Positions 1 to 12,055 of a stretch of DNA of 64,000 nucleotides are shown here, in pieces. Source of the stretch: Clostridia bacterium (GTDB lineage: Bacteria; Bacillota; Clostridia; TANB77; CAG-508). The position numbers and the translations under genes are program-made. Location of the stretch: NCBI GenBank assembly GCA_022792395.1, contig JAAWAX010000034.1:7105-71104 (forward strand), given 5' to 3'. A model generated the notes under the pieces. That model was not told the origin of the DNA. It made no database searches and saw only the letters and a list, made by a program, of their open reading frames with translations. How positions within the stretch are numbered: position 1 is the stretch's first letter; each line of letters starts with the position of its first letter.

Positions 1-820
1 ATTTGATATGAAATTATTTAAAGACAATATGGAAACAATTAGAAATACAGTAGATACAGAGAATTTACCAGGATATAAAAGGTTACTTACGGAAGAATAT
101 TGGAAAATTTCAGATGATCAATTTGATTCTGTTATTCAAGAAGTGTTAGATGATGTTAAAGAAGGAAATATAAGCTTAATTGATACTGTAAAATTATATG
201 CTTATTTTAGTTATTTTTCAAGAAAAGGATTAATTGATTATGATTTGAAAATTCTAAAATGTCTTTTCTTCAATGGAATGAATATTGCTTCTTTAGGTTC
301 TGAATATTGTCCGAATCCAGAAGAAGAATTAGGAAAGATTGCAATTGAAGAAGTAGAAGAAGACATGGAAGAAATTTTAAAACATTTTAATACGCTAAAT
401 GATCAATTGTTAGACAAGATGTATAAAGAGAAAGCAGAGGATGTAATGAAATGTATTCCTATGAGAATGGAACAATTTTATGAGAAATTTGATAAAGAAT
501 GTATGGAAATTCCAATTTTCAAATATTATGACCCATTCCAGTTATTTCAAAGAATTTCTTGTGCAAGTAATGAAGATATCGTTTTAATTAAAGAAAAAAT
601 GATTGATAGAGCCAACCGATATCCAAAGCAAATTGAACCAGAAATGAAAAACATTAAACAATTGAAACAGATTATAGATGATTATTTGAATGGAAAAGAA
701 CCAAGCATTAAGATTGTTATGTTGAAGGAATTCTCAAAAGATATGGGATATATTTTAGATAAATACAAAATTAATTTTTCACCAAAAAAAGAAGATGAGA
801 TAGTAGAAACAGAAGAGTAA
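1..820 (+). CDS. Hypothetical protein, C-terminal part (frame open at window start)
   Basis: 270+ aa open frame with host-like codon usage; no motif recognised with confidence. Confidence 0.6.
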   Translation, partial: FDMKLFKDNMETIRNTVDTENLPGYKRLLTEEYWKISDDQFDSVIQEVLDDVKEGNISLIDTVKLYAYFSYFSRKGLIDYDLKILKCLFFNGMNIASLGSEYCPNPEEELGKIAIEEVEEDMEEILKHFNTLNDQLLDKMYKEKAEDVMKCIPMRMEQFYEKFDKECMEIPIFKYYDPFQLFQRISCASNEDIVLIKEKMIDRANRYPKQIEPEMKNIKQLKQIIDDYLNGKEPSIKIVMLKEFSKDMGYILDKYKINFSPKKEDEIVETEE

Positions 821-848
821 AGAAAATTTTCAAATTTTTATTTTGCAT

Positions 849-877
849 GCATAATTTTTTATCTTTTTGTCATAATA
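849..877 (+). promoter_or_regulatory. Putative sigmaG/sigmaF-type forespore promoter of spoVT
   Basis: GCATA (849-853), 17 nt, CATAATA (871-877); spoVT is sigmaG-controlled in Bacillus/Clostridium. Confidence 0.55.
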
Positions 878-912
878 AAATTATAAACCAAAAAATGACA
901 AGGAGGAAAATT

Positions 913-1467
913 ATGAAAGCAACTGGAGTTGTAAGAAGAATAGATGATTTAGGAAGAGTGGTTATTCCAAAAGAAATAAGAAAAACATTAAGAATAAAAG
1001 AAGGAGATCCATTAGAGATATTTACAGATAGAGAAGGGCAAGTTATTTTAAAGAAATATTCTCCAATTGGTGAGCTTTCAGAATTTGCAGCAGGCTATGC
1101 AGAAACATTATCAAAAACCACAGGACATATTGCTTGTATTACAGATAAAGATACCATTATAGCTGTATCAGGAGGTTCTAAAAAAGAGTTTTTAGAGCAA
1201 GATGTCAGTAAAGAATTAGAACAATTAATGGAAGATAAAGAAATTTATACAAGCAAAGAGAATAGTGATATTGCCATGCCAATTACGAAAAATGATAATC
1301 AAGAAAGAAAAAGCAATGCACAAATTGTATACCCAATTGTCTCAAATGGTGATACAATTGGTACCGTTATTTTAATGGCAAAAGAACCAAATGGAAAGAT
1401 GAATGATGTAGAAAAAAAGGTTGCTCAATCAGCAGCAACATTTCTAGGTAGTCAGATGGATATATAA
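913..1467 (+). CDS. spoVT: Stage V sporulation protein T (AbrB-like N-domain + GAF)
   Basis: MKATGVVRRIDDLGRVVIPKEIRKTLRI...LKKYSPIGEL; AGGAGG RBS at 901-906. Confidence 0.95.
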   Translation: MKATGVVRRIDDLGRVVIPKEIRKTLRIKEGDPLEIFTDREGQVILKKYSPIGELSEFAAGYAETLSKTTGHIACITDKDTIIAVSGGSKKEFLEQDVSKELEQLMEDKEIYTSKENSDIAMPITKNDNQERKSNAQIVYPIVSNGDTIGTVILMAKEPNGKMNDVEKKVAQSAATFLGSQMDI

Positions 1468-1486
1468 GTAAGAGTAAAATAATAGG

Positions 1487-1535
1487 AAACAAGTTGATTT
1501 TTTGTATTTGAATGAAAAAACTAACTTGTTTTTTT
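1487..1535. terminator. Bidirectional terminator-like hairpin between convergent spoVT and HTH gene
   Basis: AAACAAGTTGATTTTTT ... AAAAAACTAACTTGTTT followed by a T-run. Confidence 0.5.
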
Positions 1536-1753
1536 ATATTTTGGTAATACACCTCTTTTATCAGATAATCCTACTAAATATCGATAGAAGTGTTATAATA
1601 TTTGGCTAAAGTAATTAAATGCTGAATCGGAATACTTCTTTTTCCACTCTCATATTCAGAATAATATTGTTGAGAAATACCTAATAAGTCTGCAATATCT
1701 TTTTGATATTTATCATTATCTTCTCTTAAGTCTTTCATTCTTTTAAACTTCAT
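1521..1753 (-). pseudogene. Cro/C1-type HTH regulator with a 1-nt deletion near the C-terminus
   Basis: MKFKRMKDLREDNDKYQKDIADLLGISQQYYSEYESGKRSIPIQHLITLAKYYNTSID, then TAG at 1576-1574; expected (Y)LVGLSDKR continues in the shifted frame to 1521; AGGAG RBS; not in the ORF track. Confidence 0.7.
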
Positions 1754-1976
1754 AATAATCTCCTATTACTTATAAGTATAAATAAAACTAATTATTTCAA
1801 TTTTAACAAAAAAATAAGAAATGCTAAAAACATACATAAAAAATCATGTATTATTACAAAGATTTTACAAATTGATTACTTTTTTATGAAATGAAAGATA
1901 TTCCTTGTCAAGAAAATATTAGTAAGTTATAATAAAAGTTATACATGATAAATTATGTATAAAAGGAGGAAATAAA

Positions 1977-2982
1977 ATGAAGAGAGAAAAAAAAGGCAAA
2001 TTAGAATATAGTAAAGGAATTACATTGATTGCACTAGTAATTACCATAATTGTTTTACTAATTTTAGCTGCAGTAAGTGTTAGCACATTAACAGGAGAGA
2101 ATGGAATTTTAACAAAGGCAACCAAAGCAAAAGAAGATACCCAAAAAGAAGCAACTAGAGAAAAAGTGCAAATGGCGGTGCTAGCAAGTTATAATCAAAA
2201 TGGAGATGTAGATATTACTATTTTAAAGAAGGAATTGGAAAAAATAGGAGGAACGGTAACAGATACTAATGAAGAATTTCCAGTAACAGTAACAGTAGAT
2301 GACTATACTTTTATAATAGATGAAAAAGGAAAAGTGACAGAGGGAAGCCAAGGAGGAAGTGAAATTGAAGAAGTTTATACACTTACAGAAGAATATTTAG
2401 ACTTTGATGAGGAAACAGGTAGTATTGCTTTGAAAGAAGCGTATAGTTATTATGACTGGCATAATGGAACATTTCGAAACTGTGAGTTAGGAAAAACTAA
2501 AATTAAGATTCCTGCAACCTATAAGGGTAAAGAAGTAAAGAAGATTGGAATCATTTCTGGTAAAGGTGATTGGTCAACATATCAAGGCTTTGGAATTAAA
2601 GATGTAGAAGAAATAGTTTTACCAGATAAAGTAACGGCTATTGAAGGTGCAGCATTTATGGGATGTACAAATCTTTCGAGGATTTCTCTTCCTGACTCAA
2701 TAGAAACAATACGGTAGTGTTTCTTTTAAGAATTGTTCAAATTTAAAAGCAATAAAGCTTCCTTCTTCTTTGATTTACATTGGTAGATGGGCATTTGCAA
2801 ATAGTACTTGTTTAGAAAAAATTACAATTCCGAGTTCAGTAAGGACTATAGGCTATTCGGCATTTGCTTACTGGAGAGAGACACAAACGATTTATGTACC
2901 TTTTAAAGAAACAGAACAACCAAGTGGATGGGATAGTCAATGGAAAGAATATTGTTCTGCTAACATAGTCTATGCTCAATAG
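1977..2982 (+). CDS. Prepilin-like N-terminal, BspA-type leucine-rich-repeat surface protein; +1 shift at CGG 2712-2714
   Basis: KGITLIALVITIIVLLILA class III signal; LPDKVTAIEGAAFMGCTNLSRISLPDSIETI joins GSVSFKNCSNLKAIKLPSSLIYIGRWAF when C2712 is skipped. Confidence 0.8.
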
Positions 2983-3260
2983 TATTATTTAGTGTAATTA
3001 AAAAGAAAATGGTAAAGAAAAAAGATTTTAGACATATATTATGTTTATTATCTTTTTTATATTTAAATGATACATAGAGAATAAATAAAAGTGAAATTGA
3101 CTTTTATGTAAAACTATGGTGAAATACGAATTGGTATTTAAGTGTATATATATCAAAGGAAAATTGACTTTGATAGCCTAAAATGTATTTACACAAATAC
3201 ACACTATAGAAAGGAGATAAGAAACTATTGTTAGTCTAGTAAAACAGGAGGAACATTTAT

Positions 3261-4802
3261 ATGCAACTAGAAAGTTTTTTAAAATTGACACCAAAGAGAT
3301 ATCTTTGTCCTTATTGTGGGAAATGGCATGAGTGGGGACACTCTAACTATGAGATGGATTATTATAATTCAAAGAACTATCCAATTGAATTAAAATGTCC
3401 TATTATTTATCAGGGAAAAACCAGTTTTTATTTTAAAGATGGGTACTGTTATATAAAAACGGCACCTATATGCAGAGTAGCAAATTTAAAGATTGATGCT
3501 CGTATTCCTATTGGGGATATGAAAAAAGCTATTAACAATGAACCTAAAGTAACTTGGTCATTGCAATTTAAACTGGATGAGTGTGATAAGATTATTAATT
3601 GTCATTATTGTGAGCATGTACATAATTGCTCAATTTATAAATTGGTGACAGAAGAAGAATCCCCATATGTCACGATTGAGTTTGGATTAGAATTTGAAAA
3701 TTTAGACTATAAAAATTTTGCTAATAGTGAAATACAGAAATCAAAAGCAGAAGATAATAAGGAAGAAGATTATCAGCAACCAGAAGCAGAAAACAATAAG
3801 GAGGCTTTAAAAATGGAAAAAACAACTATTTGGCAACAGCTTTATCAAAATTCGCCGAAGGAAAACTTTGAAACCGTAAAACAATTGGTAACAAAGTATA
3901 AAATCACTTTAAAATGGGCTATACCAGTCGCTACTATATTTGTAGCATATCGGATTTTAAATTCCAAAAATTCCGCACTTAATGTCGATAATATCGATAA
4001 TGAATGCGAAAAAAAGCTGGGATTTCGGATCAGAGAACTGGGAAACAAAAAAGAACTTAAAGAACTAATGGCTTTTGGTGGAGTAGCTACTGTGGCTTAT
4101 GCAACCATAAAGGCTATTTCTTCTTACAATAATGATGTAAGAGAATTGGAAGTGGAGAAAATTGAAGAAGGGTTGGAAAAGCTGGAGGGAAGCAGAAAAA
4201 AATTTGGTTGGATACAACCTAAAACGGAAAAATTATTGCCAATTGCTACTTCCGTTATAATTGTGTACATGATGACACAGAGACCAAAATGGTTTGAAAC
4301 AATTAAAACAAAAGCTGCTAAAATGACTGGTGATTTTTCGGTGAAGTTAGGTTTATGCTTTGAAATGGCAAAACTTTTTGTTGAGGATAAATTTAACATT
4401 CAAAATGAAGAAGAACTACAAAAAACAAGAAAATTTATGCTTTTGGCAGCAATCGTTGGGATTTCTGTTCTGTTGTATGGAAAGAAAATTCTTAACAAAA
4501 AGAAGGAAGCAGAAGATAATAATGATGATGAAAAATCAATTGGGCGGATAAGGGATTTTGTATCTCAACTTATTCCTATAATGAAAAAGCTTATGCCGAC
4601 CGCTTTTTCTGGAATTTTAACATTTCTGGTTACTAGAAAGTTGTTGAATCCTAATGATATTGATGATATTATTGATATGGATGAGATTTTGGAAGAGAAT
4701 GACAAGGAATCAAACAACAGCGAGGAAGTAAGCAATGAAAACGAGGTCGACAATGCTAATGATACAAATGGCAGTGCTGACAAGAACGAAGTTGTTAAAT
4801 AA
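3261..4802 (+). CDS. Orphan protein: Cys-rich N-domain, acidic linker, multi-TM C-domain
   Basis: 513-aa ORF with AGGAGG RBS; CPYCGKWH and CHYCEH motifs; several hydrophobic segments; atypical codons (CTG, CCG, three CGG). Confidence 0.7.
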   Translation: MQLESFLKLTPKRYLCPYCGKWHEWGHSNYEMDYYNSKNYPIELKCPIIYQGKTSFYFKDGYCYIKTAPICRVANLKIDARIPIGDMKKAINNEPKVTWSLQFKLDECDKIINCHYCEHVHNCSIYKLVTEEESPYVTIEFGLEFENLDYKNFANSEIQKSKAEDNKEEDYQQPEAENNKEALKMEKTTIWQQLYQNSPKENFETVKQLVTKYKITLKWAIPVATIFVAYRILNSKNSALNVDNIDNECEKKLGFRIRELGNKKELKELMAFGGVATVAYATIKAISSYNNDVRELEVEKIEEGLEKLEGSRKKFGWIQPKTEKLLPIATSVIIVYMMTQRPKWFETIKTKAAKMTGDFSVKLGLCFEMAKLFVEDKFNIQNEEELQKTRKFMLLAAIVGISVLLYGKKILNKKKEAEDNNDDEKSIGRIRDFVSQLIPIMKKLMPTAFSGILTFLVTRKLLNPNDIDDIIDMDEILEENDKESNNSEEVSNENEVDNANDTNGSADKNEVVK

Positions 4803-4865
4803 AGAAGAAGGATTCATAATAAAAGTTTAAAAGAATAACAATTTTTATAGTTTCTATTTCTAATC

Positions 4866-4900
4866 GATTCCCCCAAGGTATTTACCTTGGGGGAATCTTT
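4866..4900 (+). terminator. Strong hairpin/terminator after the orphan ORF
   Basis: GATTCCCCCAAGGTA-TT-TACCTTGGGGGAATC followed by TTT. Confidence 0.65.
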
Positions 4901-5106
4901 AATAAAACATTAATAATGAAAGCGATAACAATGAATTAATATTATACTTTGTGAGTAAAATAAAAATATATTAATAATCATAAAAGTATCAAAAATAAAA
5001 GATAATAGATAGAAAGCAAGTTTTATTCACTTGCTTTTTCTTTTGTAATGTAGTAGAATAATAGCATAAAAAAAGAGAAAAAATAGAGGTAGATTGAGAG
5101 GAGAAA

Positions 5107-6864
5107 ATGATGAAAGCAATTGAAATTAGAAACAAATATTTAAACTTTTTTAAAAAACAGGGGCATACCATCATACCATCAGCACCATTAATTCCAGAAA
5201 ATGATCCATCTGTATTATTTACAACTGCAGGAATGCAACCATTAGTACCTTATTTATTAGGAGAAGAACATCCAGAAGGAACCCGCCTTACGGATTATCA
5301 AAAATGTGTTAGAACCAATGACATAGAAGAAGTAGGAGACAATCGCCACTTAACCTATTTTGAAATGCTTGGAAACTGGTCATTAGGAGATTATTTCAAA
5401 GAAGAATCAATTAGTATGAGTTATGAATTTTTGACCAAAGAATTAGGAATTCCAGCAGAAAAACTATCTGTAACTTGTTTTGCTGGAGATGAAGATTGTC
5501 CAAGAGATACGGTTTCAGCAGATATATGGAAAAAAGTAGGAATACCAGAAGAAAGAATTTATTTTTATGGAAAAGATGATAACTGGTGGATTGCAGGAGA
5601 AGAAGGACCTTGTGGACCAGATACAGAGATGTTTTATGACACAGGAAAGCCAGCTTGTTCAGATGAGTGTCAACCATCTTGTGATTGTGGCAAATATGTT
5701 GAAATATGGAATAATGTATTTATGGAATATTTCAAAGACAAAAATGGTTATTCAAAATTAGAAAAGAAGAATGTAGACACAGGGCTAGGATTAGAAAGAA
5801 TGACTATGTTATTACAAGGAAAAGAGACACCTTATGATACAGAAATTTTCAAACCAATTATGGAGAAATTAGAACAACTTCAAAAAGTAGATTACATAGA
5901 AAGTAGAAGGATTATCGCAGAGCATCTACGTTCTAGCATGATGATAATAGCAGATGGAGGAAGACCAAGTAATTTAGATAGAGGCTATGTTTTAAGAAGA
6001 GTAATTAGAAGAATGATAAGACATTTTAATAAATTACAGATTGAGTTAAAGGAACTATCTACATTAATAGAAATCAATGTGGAAAATTTAAAAGAGATGT
6101 ATCCAGAATTAGAAAAAAATAAAACTCTTATAAAAAGTGTTATATTAGAAGAAAAAGATAAATTTGTAAAAACATTAGCACATGGAGAAAGAGAATTTGA
6201 AAAGGAGATAAAAAAGCTAGAAGAAATAGGAAACAAAAAAATTGAAGGAGAAATTGTATTTCGCTTATACGATACATTTGGTTTTCCACCAGAAGTTACA
6301 AAAGAATTAGCAGTAGAGAATGGATATCAAGTAGATTTACAAGAATTTGATGAATTATTTAAGAAACATCAAGAAAAATCAAGAATGGGAGCAGAACAAA
6401 AATTTAAAGGAGGGTTAGCAGAGCAAACAGAAGAAACGATTGCATATCATACAGCTACTCATTTACTAAATGCAGCACTAAAGCGAGTAATCGGAAAAGA
6501 TGCTCATCAAAGAGGTTCGAACATAACAGTTGATAGAATGAGATTTGATTTTAACTGTGATCATAAATTGACAGAAGAAGAAAAGAAAGCAGTTGAAGAT
6601 TTAGTAAACCAATGGATTGAAGAAGGATTGGAAGTAACCAAACAAGAAATGAAAAAAGAAGAAGCACTTGAATCTGGAGCAGAATGTATGTTTATTGAAA
6701 AATATCCAGATATTGTAACAGTATATACCATAGGAAATGTATCAAAAGAATTATGTGGAGGTCCACATGTGAAAAATACAAAAGAATTGGGAACTTTTAA
6801 AATTAAAAAAGAAGAATCTAGTTCATCTGGAATTAGAAGAATTAAAGCAGTTTTGATTAAATAA
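5107..6864 (+). CDS. alaS: Alanine--tRNA ligase, short form without C-Ala domain
   Basis: DPSVLFTTAGMQPL, HLTYFEMLGNWS, GPCGPDTEMF, VDTGLGLER; editing motifs HTATHLL and ELCGGPHV; 585 aa. Confidence 0.95.
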   Translation: MMKAIEIRNKYLNFFKKQGHTIIPSAPLIPENDPSVLFTTAGMQPLVPYLLGEEHPEGTRLTDYQKCVRTNDIEEVGDNRHLTYFEMLGNWSLGDYFKEESISMSYEFLTKELGIPAEKLSVTCFAGDEDCPRDTVSADIWKKVGIPEERIYFYGKDDNWWIAGEEGPCGPDTEMFYDTGKPACSDECQPSCDCGKYVEIWNNVFMEYFKDKNGYSKLEKKNVDTGLGLERMTMLLQGKETPYDTEIFKPIMEKLEQLQKVDYIESRRIIAEHLRSSMMIIADGGRPSNLDRGYVLRRVIRRMIRHFNKLQIELKELSTLIEINVENLKEMYPELEKNKTLIKSVILEEKDKFVKTLAHGEREFEKEIKKLEEIGNKKIEGEIVFRLYDTFGFPPEVTKELAVENGYQVDLQEFDELFKKHQEKSRMGAEQKFKGGLAEQTEETIAYHTATHLLNAALKRVIGKDAHQRGSNITVDRMRFDFNCDHKLTEEEKKAVEDLVNQWIEEGLEVTKQEMKKEEALESGAECMFIEKYPDIVTVYTIGNVSKELCGGPHVKNTKELGTFKIKKEESSSSGIRRIKAVLIK

Positions 6865-6882
6865 TTTTTGACTATTTCCCAC

Positions 6883-6950
6883 TGTTCCCCACTGGTTCCG
6901 GGTTTAATTGGGGACATGTCCCCAATTAAACCCGGAACCAGTGGGGAACA
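6883..6950. repeat. 68-bp perfect palindrome, REP-like GGGGAC/GTCCCC core
   Basis: TGTTCCCCACTGGTTCCGGGTTTAATTGGGGACA|TGTCCCCAATTAAACCCGGAACCAGTGGGGAACA. Confidence 0.9.
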
Positions 6951-6989
6951 ATGGGAAGTCTAGAAATTAATAGAAAGGAATTTTTAAAA

Positions 6990-7334
6990 ATGAATGATTG
7001 TTTATTTTGCAAAATCATAAAAGGAGAAATACCATGTAATAAGGTATATGAAGATGAGGGGATTTTAGCATTTCATGACATCAACCCAGCAGCACCGATT
7101 CATATTTTAGTAATACCAAAAAAGCACATTACATCTTTAGCCCATTTAGAAAAAGAGGATGAAGTAATTGTTGGAAAAATTTATGGAGTTATCAATCAAA
7201 TAGCAGAGGAGCAAGGATTCAAACAAGATGGATATCGTGTCATTGTTAATTGTGGAAAAAATGGAGGGCAAGAGGTCATGCATTTACATTTTCATATATT
7301 AGGAGGAAAACCGTTAGGAGAAAAAATTGTTTAA
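6990..7334 (+). CDS. hit: Histidine triad (HIT) nucleotide-binding protein
   Basis: MNDCLFCKII...GQEVMHLHFHILGG. Confidence 0.93.
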   Translation: MNDCLFCKIIKGEIPCNKVYEDEGILAFHDINPAAPIHILVIPKKHITSLAHLEKEDEVIVGKIYGVINQIAEEQGFKQDGYRVIVNCGKNGGQEVMHLHFHILGGKPLGEKIV

Positions 7335-7410
7335 AAAGGTACACTTTTAACAAGATATATGGTATAATAAAAACAGAGGGATTAAATAGAGAAATACGGA
7401 GGTAAAAAAT

Positions 7411-8076
7411 ATGTTTGAGAGTAAATATAGTAAAGTATTAACCGCAATATTAGTAATAATAATTGTTGCTATCATTGGATTACTTGGTTTTTTGGGTTAT
7501 GAATATTATCAAAATTATATGGTAACAAAAGATACATCAGAATTTGTGGATAATTTTCAAGGGGATGTAGCTGATGGAGAGCCAACAGATGATGAAACAG
7601 ATAATATGAGTAATACAACAAATCCATTTGATCAAATAAAAGATGCAGAAACTAGTTCATCAGCCAATCAAAAGAAAACTTATAAAGGATTTGGCGTTTT
7701 AGGAACAATGGAAATACCAGCTACTAATTTTAAATATCCAATATTAGAAAAAGTAACCAAAAAATCAATTGAAACAGCAGTTGCTTTCTTATATGGAACA
7801 GGGATTAATGAATCTGGAAATAGTGTAATTATTGGACATAATTATAGAAATGGATTATTTTTTTCTAATAATAAAAAATTGAATGTTGGAGATAAAATAT
7901 ATATAACCGATAATAATGGAAAGAAAATGACATATACCATATACAATAAATTTGAAACAACACCAGAAGATACCTCTTTCTATCAAAGAGATACTGGAGG
8001 CAAGCCAGAAATTACGCTATCAACTTGTACAGATGATAGTAGTGCTAGATTAATTATCTGTGCAAGGGTAGAATAA
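7411..8076 (+). CDS. Sortase
   Basis: N-terminal TM; IIGHNYRNG, ITLSTC and R form the His-Cys-Arg catalytic set. Confidence 0.88.
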   Translation: MFESKYSKVLTAILVIIIVAIIGLLGFLGYEYYQNYMVTKDTSEFVDNFQGDVADGEPTDDETDNMSNTTNPFDQIKDAETSSSANQKKTYKGFGVLGTMEIPATNFKYPILEKVTKKSIETAVAFLYGTGINESGNSVIIGHNYRNGLFFSNNKKLNVGDKIYITDNNGKKMTYTIYNKFETTPEDTSFYQRDTGGKPEITLSTCTDDSSARLIICARVE

Positions 8077-8133
8077 GTACAGCCTTTAATAGACTATTTC
8101 GTTAGTTGTTAGAGTTATGCTTGTTACAGATAA

Positions 8134-8165
8134 ATGAAGCAAAATGCTTTAGCATTCTGCTTCAT
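8134..8165. terminator. Hairpin between sortase and ligA
   Basis: ATGAAGCAAAATGCT-TT-AGCATTCTGCTTCAT. Confidence 0.45.
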
Positions 8166-8263
8166 AAAGGGATATAGTTTAGAAGATGAGAAAAAGTGGA
8201 AGGAATTTTGAAAATTCCTTTCTTTTTTTAGTAAAATTGTATATAATGGAAAAAATAATGTAA

Positions 8264-10470
<2,207 letters not shown>

Positions 10471-10482
10471 AAGGGAGGAACA

Positions 10483-10728
10483 ATGGAAGATTATACGTTT
10501 GAAAAAATGTGGGAAGATTTGAGAAATGGATATCAAATTTATTATACTTATGTGGGAAACCGTTATTTACTTTTTAAAACAGCAGAAAATTGTTATACAC
10601 AAAAATTGCTTTCTGACCATAAAAAAAATCCACAACCTAAAATGTTAATGTTGACTTTGAAAAGAGTAAAAGAGATGTTTCCTAATATGGAAGATATTGA
10701 GTATAAGATAGGAACATCTGAAATGTAA
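10483..10728 (+). CDS. Small hypothetical protein
   Basis: 81 aa; strong GGGAGG RBS. Confidence 0.7.
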   Translation: MEDYTFEKMWEDLRNGYQIYYTYVGNRYLLFKTAENCYTQKLLSDHKKNPQPKMLMLTLKRVKEMFPNMEDIEYKIGTSEM

Positions 10729-10756
10729 AACTTGTAAGTGCTGATTAGGAGAGAAT

Positions 10757-11281
10757 ATGAGAAAGATAACAATTGAAATGGCTTGTTCTATTAATGGAAT
10801 AATTGCTACAGAAGATGGAAGTGAAGATTTTTTATCCTTTAGAGGCTGGGAGATAATGATAGAATTTTTAAAAGAATATGATGTACTAATATGGGGCAGA
10901 AAAACTTGGAAGAATATAATGTCTTGGGGAGATGACTATTTAAAGGATTTAAAAGATATAAATATAATGATATTAAGTGAAACAAGTAATCAACAAAATC
11001 AACTTCCAAATGTTACATATTGCAATTCAATAGAAGATTGTTTAAAAGTATGCGAAAAATTGAAATACGAAAAATTATTTATTTCTGGTGGTGCAACTAT
11101 AAATAATGCTTTTATGGAAAAAGGTATCGTAGATAGTATAATTTTAAATTATAATCCATTTGTGTTAAATAAGGGAATACCACTATTTAAAGGGAATTAT
11201 TTTGAAAATAAATTGAAACTAGAGAAAGTAGTAAAAGAAAAAGATGATATAGTACAAGTGCATTATAGTGTGATAAAGTGA
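10757..11281 (+). CDS. Dihydrofolate reductase/RibD C-terminal family protein
   Basis: MACSINGIIA, LIWGRKTW, FISGGATIN, GIPLF. Confidence 0.85.
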   Translation: MRKITIEMACSINGIIATEDGSEDFLSFRGWEIMIEFLKEYDVLIWGRKTWKNIMSWGDDYLKDLKDINIMILSETSNQQNQLPNVTYCNSIEDCLKVCEKLKYEKLFISGGATINNAFMEKGIVDSIILNYNPFVLNKGIPLFKGNYFENKLKLEKVVKEKDDIVQVHYSVIK

Positions 11282-11344
11282 AAGATAAAAATAAAGATAG
11301 ATGGCTTTATAATAGATATATAGACTATAGTTGGAGGAAAGACA

Positions 11345-11914
11345 ATGAACGAAATTACTAAAAAAATAAAACAAGAATTATTAGTTAGATGTGAAAAATC
11401 AAAAGAAAAAGATTGATATGATTTTTGGAATGAACACATAAAATATGTTGTTGAAAATGCAGTTAAGCTAGCAAAAGAATATGGAGCAGATATAGAAATA
11501 GTAGAATTGGGAGCATTATTACATGATATAGCAATGCCATCAGAGTATGGAGAAAGAGAACAACATCATATTTATGGCACAGAAATTACAGAGCAACTAT
11601 TAACAGAATTAAACTATCCAAAGGAAAGAATAGAACATGTTAAAAATTGTGTGCTAAATCATAGAGGCAGTAAAGATAGACCACGAAATACAATTGAAGA
11701 ACAATGTGTTGCAGATGCAGATGTAATAGCACACTTTGATTGTATACCATCACTATTTTCTTTAGTCTATAAGGAAATGAATTTGTCTATATCAGATGGA
11801 AAAGAATATGTAAGAAAGAAGTTAGAAAGAGATTACAATAAGTTAAGTCCAAGAACTAGAGAAATATTGGAAAATAGATATAATAATATAATAGATGTGT
11901 TATTTGTTAATTAG
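11345..11914 (+). pseudogene. HD-domain phosphohydrolase with in-frame TGA at codon 24
   Basis: GGAGG RBS and ATG 11345; KEKD*YDFWNEHIKYV...GALLHDIA...VADADVIAH in one frame; TGA at 11414-11416. Confidence 0.75.
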
Positions 11915-12055
11915 GAATATATATAGGTAAAATAAAGTGAATAAAATAATACTAAATAATGAAAGGAAATATCAAAAAATATTAGCCCCAAAAGCTCAAA
12001 AGATAAATAGTATAAATATAGATAAATTTAATAAAAATAAGAAAGGATTTGATAA

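Noticed and set aside
1574-1590. HTH gene frameshift as part of the CGG system
   Set aside because: Opposite sign (missing base) and no CGG at the junction
4900-5106. T-box riboswitch upstream of alaS
   Set aside because: No recognisable T-box (GGTGGNACC) sequence; only a small hairpin near 5012-5038
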